A stretch of 58,270 bases of DNA, the filler included, from Catajapyx aquilonaris (Eukaryota), in the NCBI GenBank assembly GCA_000934665.2. It is 4 parts of 4 records of this genome, joined end to end, with 100 filler letters (N's around TTAATTAATTAA, not from the genome) between each part and the next. Parts side by side here need not be neighbours in the genome. Positions count along the whole stretch, not along the records: positions 14,583 to 29,024 come from JYFJ02007773.1; positions 29,125 to 43,566 come from JYFJ02007774.1; 2 more parts are not named here. One strand, given 5' to 3'. The position numbers were made by a program, and so were the translations under genes. A model generated the notes under the pieces. That model had not been told where the DNA came from, did no database searches, and was given only the letters and a program-made list of their open reading frames with translations. This document shows positions 25,515 to 37,527 of the stretch, one piece after another; within the stretch, counting starts at the first letter, position 1, and each line of letters begins with the position of its first letter.

Positions 25515-25660
25515 TAATAATAATTAATAATAATTCATACCCCGTTATCAGCCGGCGGCTCTTTAGGGAGGAAATTTTTGTTTTGACTGGAACTCTTTGC
25601 TTTCATTTTATTTGCTTTTTGGGGTAGGATAGGGACGGAAGGAAGCGGCTGTGGCCTGTT
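25515..25660 (-). mobile_element. SINE 3' fragment
   Basis: GGAAGGAAGCGGCTGTGGCC core and ...AACGGGGTA tail shared with the other SINEs. Confidence 0.6.
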
Positions 25661-25950
25661 TTTATACCACGTGGATTTTCATACCACGTGAATTTTTATA
25701 CCGGGAAAATTTTTATACCACAATTTTTTTAAATATCACATGAAAAGAAATCATAACGGTTTTTTTGTTTTTGACACACGAATATTTTTTAAGAATATAC
25801 TGAAACACAAATTATCACATTCTTTTACTTAGCACACTAATAAGGCTAAAAAAATGTAACCTAAATCAAATATTTTACGGTGATTCTGTTGGATTTTGTG
25901 GCGCCCTTTCTTTACAATAAGTACATGCTGGAGAGAGTGTCAGTATCGAA

Positions 25951-26218
25951 GTAGCGCAGTGGTCTAGTGGTTAAGACTCTCTCTTCGTAACCTGAAGGTT
26001 GAAGGATCGAATCCTGAAAGGAAGACGTCGTTTCTTTTTATCGCTATGGACCTTTCCCGCTGTTACTTCATCTCTCAGTTCACATTTATTTCTCTTTGAA
26101 GTGCATCTGGTAAATAGGCTAGACCCTTCCAACACTCGCACTCTCGTTGCAGCATAGCGTGGCTGTGTGGTAACGCATCAGACTCTCAATCGGGAGATGT
26201 GGGTTTAAATCCCGTGTC
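25951..26218 (+). pseudogene. Two degenerate tRNA-like segments (about 25951-26021 and 26156-26218), probably TE-borne
   Basis: A-box-like GTGGTCTAGTGG and GTGGCTGTGTGG, B-box-like GGATCGAATCC and GGTTTAAATCC; stems do not close a cloverleaf. Confidence 0.45.
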
Positions 26219-26381
26219 TCCTTGGTTGAGAGCCAGAAAAAAAAACTTTGCAGCCGACATCTCTGGCCAAGATGGCGACTGTTCCTTCGCAGTTTCCCCA
26301 ACACTTCTTCAGAGGTGTTAGAGGAGTCGGTGGAGAGGGGTGGAGAGGGGGAGGAGAGTATTTTTTTTGGAAATTTTAAGA

Positions 26382-27596
26382 CACCTGCTTAATGGGAGGG
26401 GGCGGTCACTTTTTTCGAAGAAAAAAGCCAAAAAATATAAAGTCATAAAAATGATCACGTGGCTTCGCTTGTGTTGTCCATCCCGTCAACCCCCACCCTA
26501 CACACCCCATAGTCCCTACATTTGTCTTATACCAGGGAGTTCCATTCTCAAACCTATCACCCCTCCAAATATTTAACTCTACAATTTAAACTATAGGTCC
26601 AATAAAATCACAAGCAAATGCAAATGAATCGGCACACTTTTTAGGGCATTTCCAATGGTTTGTTGCAGCCTGACCTTTGACCTGAAAGGTCCTAATATTA
26701 GGTTTTTGGTCTGTGGCCAGGCCCTACCTCGGTCTCCATCTGTCGGAGCTTTCGTAATGAGACTGTATAGAGCACAGTACCATACTTAGATATATACAGT
26801 ATATCTCTTGATGTGAGGTAGTATGCCCCTAGCCAAACGTAGTGGCAGGTATCATTATCTATGAATGTGACGTAGGCGAGTGGTCACCTCCTTGGGGTCA
26901 TCAGGACGGACATGCGGCATCACTGTTTCGTGGCATTGCTCTATGGATTATTAAAATAATAAATTCCAACCCGCTTCTGCTGTGCGTGGAGATGCGCATA
27001 TCGTCGACGCGGTTTTAGATAGGCAAATTTTGGTGTAGGCTTGGTCGCCTTCCTGTCTCTGTGACCTTACATCACGCCTTACGTATTCCCCCCTTTCCAC
27101 CACCGCCCCGCTACCCACAAGGACAGGCGGACTGCTACATTTGGCTAGCAGGCTAGGGGCATACTACCTCACATCGAGAGATATACTGTATATCTATGTA
27201 GGCTACTGTGCTCTGTACAGTCTCATTACGAGAGACCCGACAGATGGAGACCGAGGTAGGGCCTGACCACAGACCAAAAACCTAATATTAGGGCCTTTCA
27301 GGTCAAAGGTCAGGCTGCAACAAACCATTGGAAATGCCCTAAAAAGTGTGCCGATTCATTTGCATTTGCTTGTGATTTTATTGGATGATTTAAATTGTAG
27401 AGTTAAATATTTGGAGGGGTGATAGGTTTGAGAATGGAACTCCCTGGCATACGACAAATGTAGGGACTATGGGGTGTGTAGGGTGGGGGTTGCCGGGATG
27501 GACAACACAAGCGAAGCCACTTGATCATTTTTATGACTTTATATTTTTTGGCTTTTTTCTTCGAAAAAGTGACCGCCCTCTCCCATTAAGCAGGTG
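26382..27596. mobile_element. Foldback element with CAC...GTG termini (Transib/Chapaev-like ends), about 460-bp arms
   Basis: CACCTGCTTAATGGGAG...CTCCCATTAAGCAGGTG; arms about 26382-26850 and 27130-27596. Confidence 0.85.
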
Positions 27597-27614
27597 CACC
27601 TGCTTAATGGGAGG

Positions 27615-29024
27615 CAGTGGCGTAACTCCCGGGGGCTTTGGGGGCTGCAGCCCCAGGGCGCCGAGCCATGGGGCAATTTTGGGGGGCGCCTGCCGGGTGC
27701 CGGCTGGTAAATGAAGCACATGATCACGATTCAAACGTATGCGCGCAAGTATGCGCGTCACGCACTACTAGTTTTAAGAAGCAGATACTTTAATAATCGC
27801 TACAGGCCTATACCTACAGCTATGTGATTTTATGCCAACTTGAGACCTTGAGTGCTATATACTATTGTCTCATGTGTCCTGTCTCCAACTCTCCACCCAC
27901 GTGTCGCTCTGTGTGTCGGCGTCCCTTGACTCCTTTCACCAGGACATAGCTGAGCTGGTTTGCTGGCTGGAAGGACTGCTGGATACGGTAAACGGTATGT
28001 AGGGGCGCAAATGACGCGGCGAATAGACCAATAGTGGTCCGTGGGGATGCCATCCGATGTCGCCCCTGGGGATAGGATGGCATGTCGCACGGACGGGTTC
28101 ATGGGTCAGGGGAAGACACGCCTTACGCACAATTGTCAGTGTCTCTGACTCTCTGTCTCATGTGTCATCTGCTCATCTCTCAATGACTGAATACTCTCAT
28201 CTCTCAATCTCTCATGCAGTCACATGGTGTATCGGCGTAGCGCAATATGAAGCGTTCCGAGAAATTGAGTGGAGCCAAACGGCGTCGCCTGCTGAAGGAG
28301 AAACAAGCAGCGGAGAGCGAACTGCTGAAAAAGGTCCCCAAGTTGACGACATTGTTTCCTCCCGCAGACAAAGCAGTAGCGTCAGACGCGTGTCAGCACA
28401 GTGATAGTGGAAGTGCATTCCCGCGAGGAACTGAACTGCTTGTTGAAGGTGATGTGCGGAATGAGGTACCAGGTGTCAGGCCAGAGCAAAAGGTGTCTGA
28501 TGGTGCTGCTTTCAGTGCCTTGGAATCAGAGGAAAGGGAGCCAAGAGCGCCCGAATTTGCTGAATGTGATGTCCGAGTCACACCACTGAGCGACTTGGCC
28601 GCCCATGCTCCAGTTGCAGTTGTCACAGATTGCCATGCTTCCACGAGCTGCGCCGATGTGGCCAGGGACTTGACGGTGGACGACAACGCCCTTTACGCAA
28701 ATTCTCCAACAACATACGACCGAACCTATTTCGCCAACCGGAACTTGACGGACGCGGAGAAAGCGTTCGTTGTCCGTTGTGGACCTGTTCAACCCAGAGG
28801 CCCCTTCACATGCACCAAAAAGCCAGGGGACAGCCAAAACCGATCGTTTGGGGAGCAATACTATGTCTGTGTCGCAAAAGCAGGCATACGGATACCTCGC
28901 CTTTGGCTGTCATACAATAAAACCGAAGATTTTTGCTACTGCGTCCCATGCTGGTTATTTGGAGGATCGGCAGCCCCACAGATGTGGACCAGTGGCACAT
29001 CCGACTGGAAGCATATAATAAGAA
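27615..29024 (+). mobile_element. hAT transposon left part, truncated by the spacer
   Basis: CAGTGGCGTA terminus with GC-rich subterminal region, followed by a transposase ORF. Confidence 0.8.
28247..29024 (+). CDS. hAT transposase N-terminus (TTF-type zinc finger, ZMYM1-like), partial
   Basis: Open to the gap; motifs LSGAKRRR, GPVQP.GPF, RSF...YY, RLWLSY, YCVPCWLF, W..G..DWKH. Confidence 0.85.
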
Positions 29025-29124
29025 NNNNNNNNNNNNNNNNNNNNNNNNNNNNNNNNNNNNNNNNNNNNTTAATTAATTAANNNNNNNNNNNNNNNNNNNN
29101 NNNNNNNNNNNNNNNNNNNNNNNN
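29025..29124. other. Artificial contig spacer
   Basis: Same 100-nt N/TTAATTAATTAA/N structure. Confidence 0.95.
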
Positions 29125-29419
29125 CCTAAGGGCGGCCGGGGGGGTAAATCCGGCGCTGTATCTAACTGAACCTCAAACAGAGTAAGTTTGTATTGGATCC
29201 TTTTGAATCCACACCAAGAAATTGCTTCAGGTTATGTGCGAGAGTTTCAGTTCCATTGTGAGGATAAGTGACTATCAGTTCACGTGATACCATGATGACC
29301 ATAGTTGCAGGATGTTGATGATTTCATAGAGGAAAGTAATGTATAGGTATAACAAGGACTTATGTTTAGAATTTTGACTTGGTTACAAAATAATGAATTG
29401 GAGTGAGTCATAGAAATAA

Positions 29420-30490
<1,071 letters not shown>

Positions 30491-32833
30491 TTTAAGTGTC
30501 AGATGTAATAACAAGTGAAAAGACTCCCAGTTGAGTTGTGACTTTCTTTTTTTCCTCGGATCCCAATGTATTTCCATGGGATATTTTTTTCGTCTTGCTT
30601 TTGTTGAACGTGGGGTAATCCAGCTCAGGGAAAAAACTGAAGCTATTGCAGCATGGGGGGAATTGTTTAGTAGGTTCACAAACCTGTTAGTATTATTGCC
30701 TTTTCCTTTTCATGTTTTACTAACAGGGTGCATTTTTTTAAAGGCGATTTGCTGGTTACCCGGTTCTTAACTGTCTGTTAATGTTGCATGAGGAAAAACA
30801 AGCAACTGTTATTGCTGTGAGGCCATCCACGTGCTAAGAAGATACAAAATAAAATCCTAGCATAGAATATGGGCCTAGGCGACTATGTTTAGGGAAGCCA
30901 TTAACTTTCATAATGCTACCCACCCTAAACTGAATTAAATAAAGAACTTTTTATGAAAACGTCTGCGTTGCTTGCCTGAAAGAGAAAACCTTCACCCAAA
31001 ATTGACGTGTAACTCCATATACCATAAACTCAATCCAGGAATATTTTATTCCTGTTTTTCTTGTCATACATTTTTTTTTTCATCTCTTTTTTTTCTCACT
31101 TATTCTGACAAGGTGAACCCAAACTGACACCATGCTGATGACACATTTTCTCATTGAGGGAGGGAGGGGGGGTAAGGGGGAGGGGGTTACAGATTTTCGT
31201 CCCACTTTCTTTCCAGGCCGACACTGCGTAGATCAACAAAATTGGAGACATGTACTCAATTGCTGCACAAACCTAATTAGTAGCCACTCCCCACACAAAC
31301 TTAAAACCATGGGTGACACAGGACGGGGTATTGACTTGAAAAAATCCTATTTAAAATAATTAAAAAAAAAACTCCACTCATCATTCGTACAAATCCTCGT
31401 ACGTTGTGAACGCCATTTGTTACCCGAATAATTAAACCTTCGTTCATTTACCAGCTCTGGGATGTAACCTACCTAACTCTGATGCTGCACTTTGCTTTGG
31501 TACATTATTTCCCCACCCCTACACTCATAAAAATCTCAGGAGAATGAGGCTAATTACAATTTTTGAGCCTCACATGTGCACATTAACGGGGGAAGTATTT
31601 CACAAGCTGTCGGTCCCAAAGGAAAACAAAAATGCAGTCTACAATTTCTGAGGTAAATCACTTTTGAAACCAGTGAAAACGATTCGAATTTTATCAATGT
31701 TCTCATTCATTTTGTAAACAAAAAACACAATAAGAAAAACAAACAAAGGCAAAAACTGTGTAGAAACGTAGCATCTAAACCCCACCCAATTACATGATTT
31801 AAAAAATGGGCAGGGAGTTTAACACCACTTATATGTACAGTGCTTCAAAAAAAACAGCAAAAGTTAAATAGTTAACCACCAAAATGAAAATCTATAATTA
31901 TTTTTTAAACACCCTGTCCCCGACACTTCCCACCTGCATTGCATCCCATGGGAAATTAAAGGGAAAGAAAAAAAATAAACCAACATGATAGGAAAAGCAT
32001 TAAGTGTGGCGCCTTTGTGTGGTTGCAACCATACATTTGGATGAAGGGTTATGGTGATATCTATTCAAATCCTTGAGACTGTAGCATGACCTGGCCATCT
32101 TGCAACACCAACAGGGACATAAAAATCACTGCTTGACCAACTGCATTCGGTATGTTGGACTCCCTTAGCTTCCACATTATATGCACACACGCACACGCAC
32201 ATCTACACATTCACTCACTCCCACAACCAACAAAAGGGAATAAAAAGCGCATTTAGGTGGAAGGTAAGAAGCCCATGGTTGCAGAATGCCATTCATCTTG
32301 GAAGTTCTTCAAAGGCGCACATGTTACGCACAGAGACTGAGGTCATTTCGATACCCAAAAAGTGTGAGCATTGCTTTCCTAGTTTCTTTTACCTATGCAC
32401 ATGCATTTCATCCCCTTCCCATTTAAAAAAAAATAAATCGAAATGTATGCCTGTGGATGCCACCTGATACAAACGACACCTGAATGAGAACATTGTCAAA
32501 TCGACAGAAGACAACCCAACCAATTTTGATGCTACACTACTAGAAGTACAAGCCTGTGATTTTTTTGATTTTTTTTTTCATGTAGTTTTTCATGTTATTT
32601 TTCTGGCATGGGGATTGAAAGACATTACTGTCCTTTGAAACTTTTTTTTTTTGCAAGAGGGGGCAAGGTGGGGGAGGGGGGCTCATTTTTAATCTTCATT
32701 TAAATGTATGTTACTGTTGAATGTTAAAGAGAAAGGTTTTTATAATTCAACCAAATGAATTGTGGGGATGTCTCCCAGCGCCTTTCCAAGCAGCATCAGT
32801 TTGATGTTTCAAGCCCCAAATAGTTCCTGCCTC

Positions 32834-34676
32834 TTATTTATCTATAGCAGTATTATTTTTTATGGCAATCACACACTCTTCTCCACAAGCCTTCAGCACA
32901 GTGCACTGAAACAAAACAAAAAATGGGCGTCAGAATATATTGGTTGCTCTACTCAAATAAAAAATCTAAACGGCACAAATGTCTCCACCTGTGTCGCCAC
33001 CTTGAGCCAAATCCAACAAGAGGCTATAGCAATGGACAATATTGGTCTTCGAAGCAGATAGCACCCATGCGCATGGGTTTTTTTTGCTCATGGGTGACTC
33101 AACTTCGATTAATTGCCATGCAAACTTCTCTACAATTACAATCCAAGACATCCTGATCCAAAGTCAACTCACCAGCAGCTCTTTTCCACCGTCATACTCC
33201 CCGCGGATCTGTGTTCCGAGATCCCCATCAGGGAGCTTCAGGTCCTCACGGAGGTCACCGTTGTCACTCATGAGGGACAGGTAACCATCATCGGAGATGT
33301 CGGTCAGCTGCAAGATGTTCCATGTCAATGCAATGCCCAATTGAATTTGACTTATGTAGACAAGTTGTTGCCCTGCATTTATCCCAAGTCAGTAACACAC
33401 ACTACTAAAGTGGGGCGATCTTCAGGCTATTTAATCTCCGAGACCACTAGCACAAGCAGTACATACAACATAACAGCTTATGACTCTTGGCTCGGAAAGC
33501 ATCAACCAGCAACTCACCTGGTAATCCTCGCGTTTAATGAAAGGCACATCCATATTGTGAGTGGAAGGACAGATATCCTCATATTTCTTGCCAGTGAAAA
33601 TGTCCAGACCAACCAGGTGAACCTTGGCATGACCATGCTTCCCAGTTTTTGATGTGGACATTTCAACTATCTTGCAAGCACGACCCTAGAAATGAAAGGG
33701 TGTTAGCTGGTGCTTCACTGGGGAGCAAGAACACACACACACACAACAGCTCACACCTTGCACTAAAAACTCATTAAAATCACCATGGATTACTGCAAAA
33801 TGATACAACAGAAGGTTGGCAAGAAGAGACACTCCATTAGCTTTATATGCCAAGGAATGAAAATAGTTGTGAATTGCATTTTATTGATAGTCCATTTGCA
33901 AACATCTATGCTCTATTAGGAAAGAGTTTCGATGGATTCTTCCCAAGTTCGTTTGCTTTTTCTCGTGGTTTTCGCATTTCCTCCCGCAATCAAAATCAAT
34001 CAGCAGTGCGGTTGAAGATTCAACTTGGTCAGTTAAAACAGGATTCCACCAGCAGACCACAGGCCTATCACGAGGCAACCAATTACCATTATCTCTGTAA
34101 TATGTTCTGCGTTATCTAAAGGTCTCACTACCAAGACCAGCAAGTCCTCTGAATAATAATAAAAAAAAAAAGATTGCAATTCAGCAATTAGTAACAGATT
34201 TTACAATTTCGTAATCCTCTTTTTTTTTTTAAACATCTAAATATGCACAATTCACATGGATTAAGTAAATGAAACGCCTCTTCTAAGTGCACATTCATGC
34301 AAACAAAATTGATAAATGAATGCAATAACACACACCATGCCAAAAACTACATACAACAATCAGTATGTAGCCCTTCTGCGCCCACTTGGGCTAGCAATAT
34401 ACCCATGTGGGGCGTAATCCAGGCAATTTACTATCCGAAACCAGTAGCACCAATGCCACACTATTTTTCTTGGCAGCACCAGTGACTCTTGGTTCGGATT
34501 ACTCAAAACAAGATGGTGCTGTGCAGGGGTGGGCAGGGGGCGGGGGAAAGCCATACCATATGACCCACCTTCAGCATGACAAACCCGTTCTTGCGAAGGG
34601 CAGAACATTGCATGGGGTAGGTGGCCGAAGCTCCAGAGTCGCCGGTCTCGAACTGGGTCTCATCTATGTCAGTCAT
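32834..34676 (-). CDS. eIF5A: Eukaryotic translation factor eIF5A, 160 aa
   Basis: Exons 34676-34569, 33685-33518, 33307-33173, 32905-32834, all phase 0; hypusine motif [12 protein letters not shown] intact. Confidence 0.97.
32977..33109 (-). ncRNA. Box H/ACA snoRNA candidate in eIF5A last intron
   Basis: Hairpin UCGAAG/CUUCGA, H box AGACCA, second hairpin UCCA/UGGA, ACA+3 nt; about 133 nt. Confidence 0.7.
33363..33496 (-). ncRNA. Box H/ACA snoRNA candidate in eIF5A intron 3
   Basis: Hairpin CCGAGCCA/UGGUCUCGG, H box AGAUUA, hairpin GCCUG/CAGGGC, ACA+3 nt; paralogous to 34363-34498 and 34801-34928. Confidence 0.75.
33865..34075 (-). ncRNA. Larger structured intronic RNA candidate (H/ACA-like with branched 5' domain)
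   Basis: CUCGUG/CACGAG closes three inner stems; ANANNA hinge; 3' hairpin ending in ACA+3 nt. Folded by eye only. Confidence 0.35.
34363..34498 (-). ncRNA. Box H/ACA snoRNA candidate in eIF5A intron 2
   Basis: Hairpin CCGAACCA/UGGUUUCGG, H box AUAGUA, second hairpin, ACA+3 nt. Confidence 0.75.
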
Positions 34677-34800
34677 TTTGCCAGCTGTGTGTGAATGTTA
34701 CTTTTTTTTTTGCACTGTGGAAAAAAAGCATGCAAAGGTTAGTTTGACCACCACAATTTAGAGCAAGGCTCACTAAAACTACACAAGCCTTATACAAATA

Positions 34801-34928
34801 AATTGTTGCCTTGCTTACATCCCACCAAGTCTTGCACGACTAAGTGGAGCGATCTCAGGCTTATCAATCTCCGAGGCCAATAGCACGAATGATGCAAGTA
34901 AAACATGACTTGTGACTCTTGGCTCAGA
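34801..34928 (-). ncRNA. Box H/ACA snoRNA candidate in eIF5A intron 1
   Basis: Hairpin CUGAGCCAA/UUGGCCUCGG, imperfect H box AGAUUG, second hairpin, ACA+3 nt. Confidence 0.65.
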
Positions 34929-35820
34929 ATATATCTGCATTCCTCCAGCAACCAATGATCAATAAAACCTACCTAAGCAAACATATTGACAGTGATGCAC
35001 AAGGCTGGTGCCATTTCGGCTATAATGCATCAATAACCCTACTTGACACTTGTGCATTACTGAATACCTGCTTGCACCTCTGCAACTATCACTTCATCAT
35101 ATTGTAGCATGTACATTTCTGTAGCTCTAAAATGCTAAGTAATCATACGAAGGGCAAGTATTATTAGCATTAACTGTCTATTAAACGATATCATTGGCTG
35201 ATAATCTGTGATAACACTGCAGATGCATTTATAAGATTTCAGTGGAAGATGCAGTAATTGTACCCAAACAATTAGAATTTACACTAGTGCATTTAATAAA
35301 GCTCTGAATTTCTGCAGTTGCATTTTGTGCCATTGGGATGCATCATGGGAGTCATCACCATGTGCATGGTTTTTTTGAGTGGAATGGTGAGTCATAGAAG
35401 TTGAAGGATGAAGGAAGGTCAATATGACAGACAACACAAATGTCAAATTACAAGTGCCATGACACCTAATCTATCCTTGAAACATGCCAGTGTATTCCTC
35501 ATCACAATGCATTCAACCCAAAAGTATTTGCATTAATTCATAGTAGCACATGATTAGTGGGATTATGTCCATCTCACATTACTCACACCTGCTTGCATTA
35601 GTCATCACTGAACAGGTGCAAACCTCATTAAAATATTAGATATCCAAAAATTCCCCAATTATCTAGTCTCACTGGCTAGTTACATGTGAACCAACAAAAC
35701 CTTTCTTATTAATTTGTAAAATATCAATGTTGTGCAAATTCACATGGATCAGTCTTCTGTATTATTCCCTGATTGGCTCTGCATTCTCATTAGAAGGTAA
35801 GATCAACCCTAAGGTGTTAA

Positions 35821-35932
35821 GGCCGGTATCCACGTACAAGAATCTCGCATACGAGGAGCCGCGAGGAGCCAACTGCGCATGCCCAGATACGAGGAAAGGG
35901 GAAAAAGTAGAAAACGTACGTGGATACCGGCC
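35821..35932. mobile_element. Tiny Harbinger-like MITE in eIF5A intron 1
   Basis: GGCCGGTATCCACGTAC...GTACGTGGATACCGGCC perfect 17-bp TIR. Confidence 0.75.
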
Positions 35933-36845
35933 TTTAGATCTATTAGCCAAATGAGTTCCAAAGATGCAACACCATGAAAAACACCAATAAATCTACCTCA
36001 ACTTAACTGATTTTAATTTATTTACCCCCCCTGATGTACATTTAACAGTGTTACAAACCTACATCAATACGGTTAAGTCTAAGTACTTTGCATGACATTT
36101 TGTAACACCCAAGATGCAATTCCAATGCTCCTTACAGACCACCTGCACATGACCATTCCCTCCCAATTTTATGTGCTTCACATCCCGCCATACCCACAAC
36201 GCTGTCAGTCTTATGTCGAACCCTAGCCAACCCAGACAGCAGCATGCACACACCGACCCAGCACCCTAATAAACCACATGTACCCAACAAATTCACTCAT
36301 TGAGACCTGTCTGCAAGCTAGGCAGCTGAGAGGCAGATGAACTTTTGCAACACAAAAGAAGGGGGGTTCTGTGGGGTGGGCAGGAGAATGTGGGGGTGTG
36401 GACAGGATGGCAATGAAGACCCCAAACAGGGAGGCAAACCCAAACAATCAGGAGGGAAAAAATGCTCCTGTCCACTAGGCCTGGCCCCACACTTAGCCCA
36501 AAACTTAATCACAATTAAGGCTTGCGACTAAATAAATTTCCCAGATTCTAAACCGGGTCAATAGCCGCCTACTTTGTAGTTTTAACTAGTGTTCTAAATT
36601 AATGGCATGTTCAATGTTCTCCGTGGAATACTTTAAAAAAAAAAAAAATGGCGTCACACGCGTCTACATGATGGGCACCTTCTGTCCGCCTTTCTCCGGG
36701 GCCTAGTTGTGCTTCCCTCCCTCAGACCGGCAACTTCCCCCGTACCACACACCACGCCACGACGGTACAGAAGGTCGTGGCCCGACGACACTCGTCGACG
36801 TACAGAGAGCGTTGCGGTAAAAAGACAAGAAGTGCGTGCACTTAC

Positions 36846-37145
36846 GTGGTGGCCACCCCGAAAATTAACGTTGCGAGGAAGTTCCAGTGTGGGGAGGGGA
36901 GAGGGGAGGGGAAGAAAAATCGGACAGAGCGCATGCGCATTGCGGCTCACACTGTTTGCACCTACCAGCCACTCTAGCCGTGTAGCCAATCACAACCGAG
37001 TTATGACACAAGCGCATGCGTGTTTCCGACTACGATTAGCTGATGTGAACTGGCCACCTTCTCCCCCCTCCCTTTTCGGCCCCTCTGGAAAAAAAAGAGG
37101 GAGGGATGGACGCAAGTGATGTACTTCCGCTTGATGTTCCGGTCG
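36846..37145 (-). promoter_or_regulatory. Probable eIF5A non-coding first exon and housekeeping promoter
   Basis: GTAAG donor at 36845-36841, pyrimidine-rich TOP-like start region near 36890-36919, GCGCATGCGC (NRF1/Ewg-type) at about 36929 and GCGCATGCG at about 37012, ETS-like TTCCG motifs at 37123-37143, CpG-rich. Confidence 0.55.
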
Positions 37146-37454
37146 GAATTTACTGCAATTTAAACCCGGTTTTAATCAACCAATTGTATCTGAATATGTT
37201 CGTAAAAATGTAGGGTTAATTATAGCATGCGTGTTTTAATAGAGCAATTGCGGGTTGCGGGTTGTGGAAAACACGTGGTCGGCCCGGTTTTTGCAGTTTG
37301 GAGGAGTTTTACGGCTGGTTTTAACTCCCGGTGGGTGTTGGTGCAGTTGGGTGAGGTGTGTGTACGGGTTGGAAGGATGGGTGTGCAGCGGGGTCAAACT
37401 TGATACGGTGAGGGTAGGGGTAGTAGACGTTCTCGTAAGTTGATTCTCGTGGAA

Positions 37455-37527
37455 GGGGGCGTAGCTCACATGGTAGAGCGCTCGCTTAGCATGCGAGAGG
37501 TACCGGGATCGATACCCGGCGCCTCCA
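37455..37527 (+). tRNA. tRNA-Ala (AGC)
   Basis: Full cloverleaf, G3:U70 identity pair, anticodon AGC, T5 Pol III terminator 4 nt downstream. Confidence 0.93.

Noticed and set aside
33113..33652. 179-aa plus-strand ORF
   Set aside because: Antisense shadow of eIF5A exons.
33960..33975. CGAAAACCACGAG resembling the vertebrate U3 hinge
   Set aside because: No U3 boxes A, C', B, C or D around it; likely chance.
35280..35780. Intronic RNase P RNA (AAUUCAGAGCU resembles CR-V)
   Set aside because: No matching CR-I/P4 partner strand found upstream on the minus strand.
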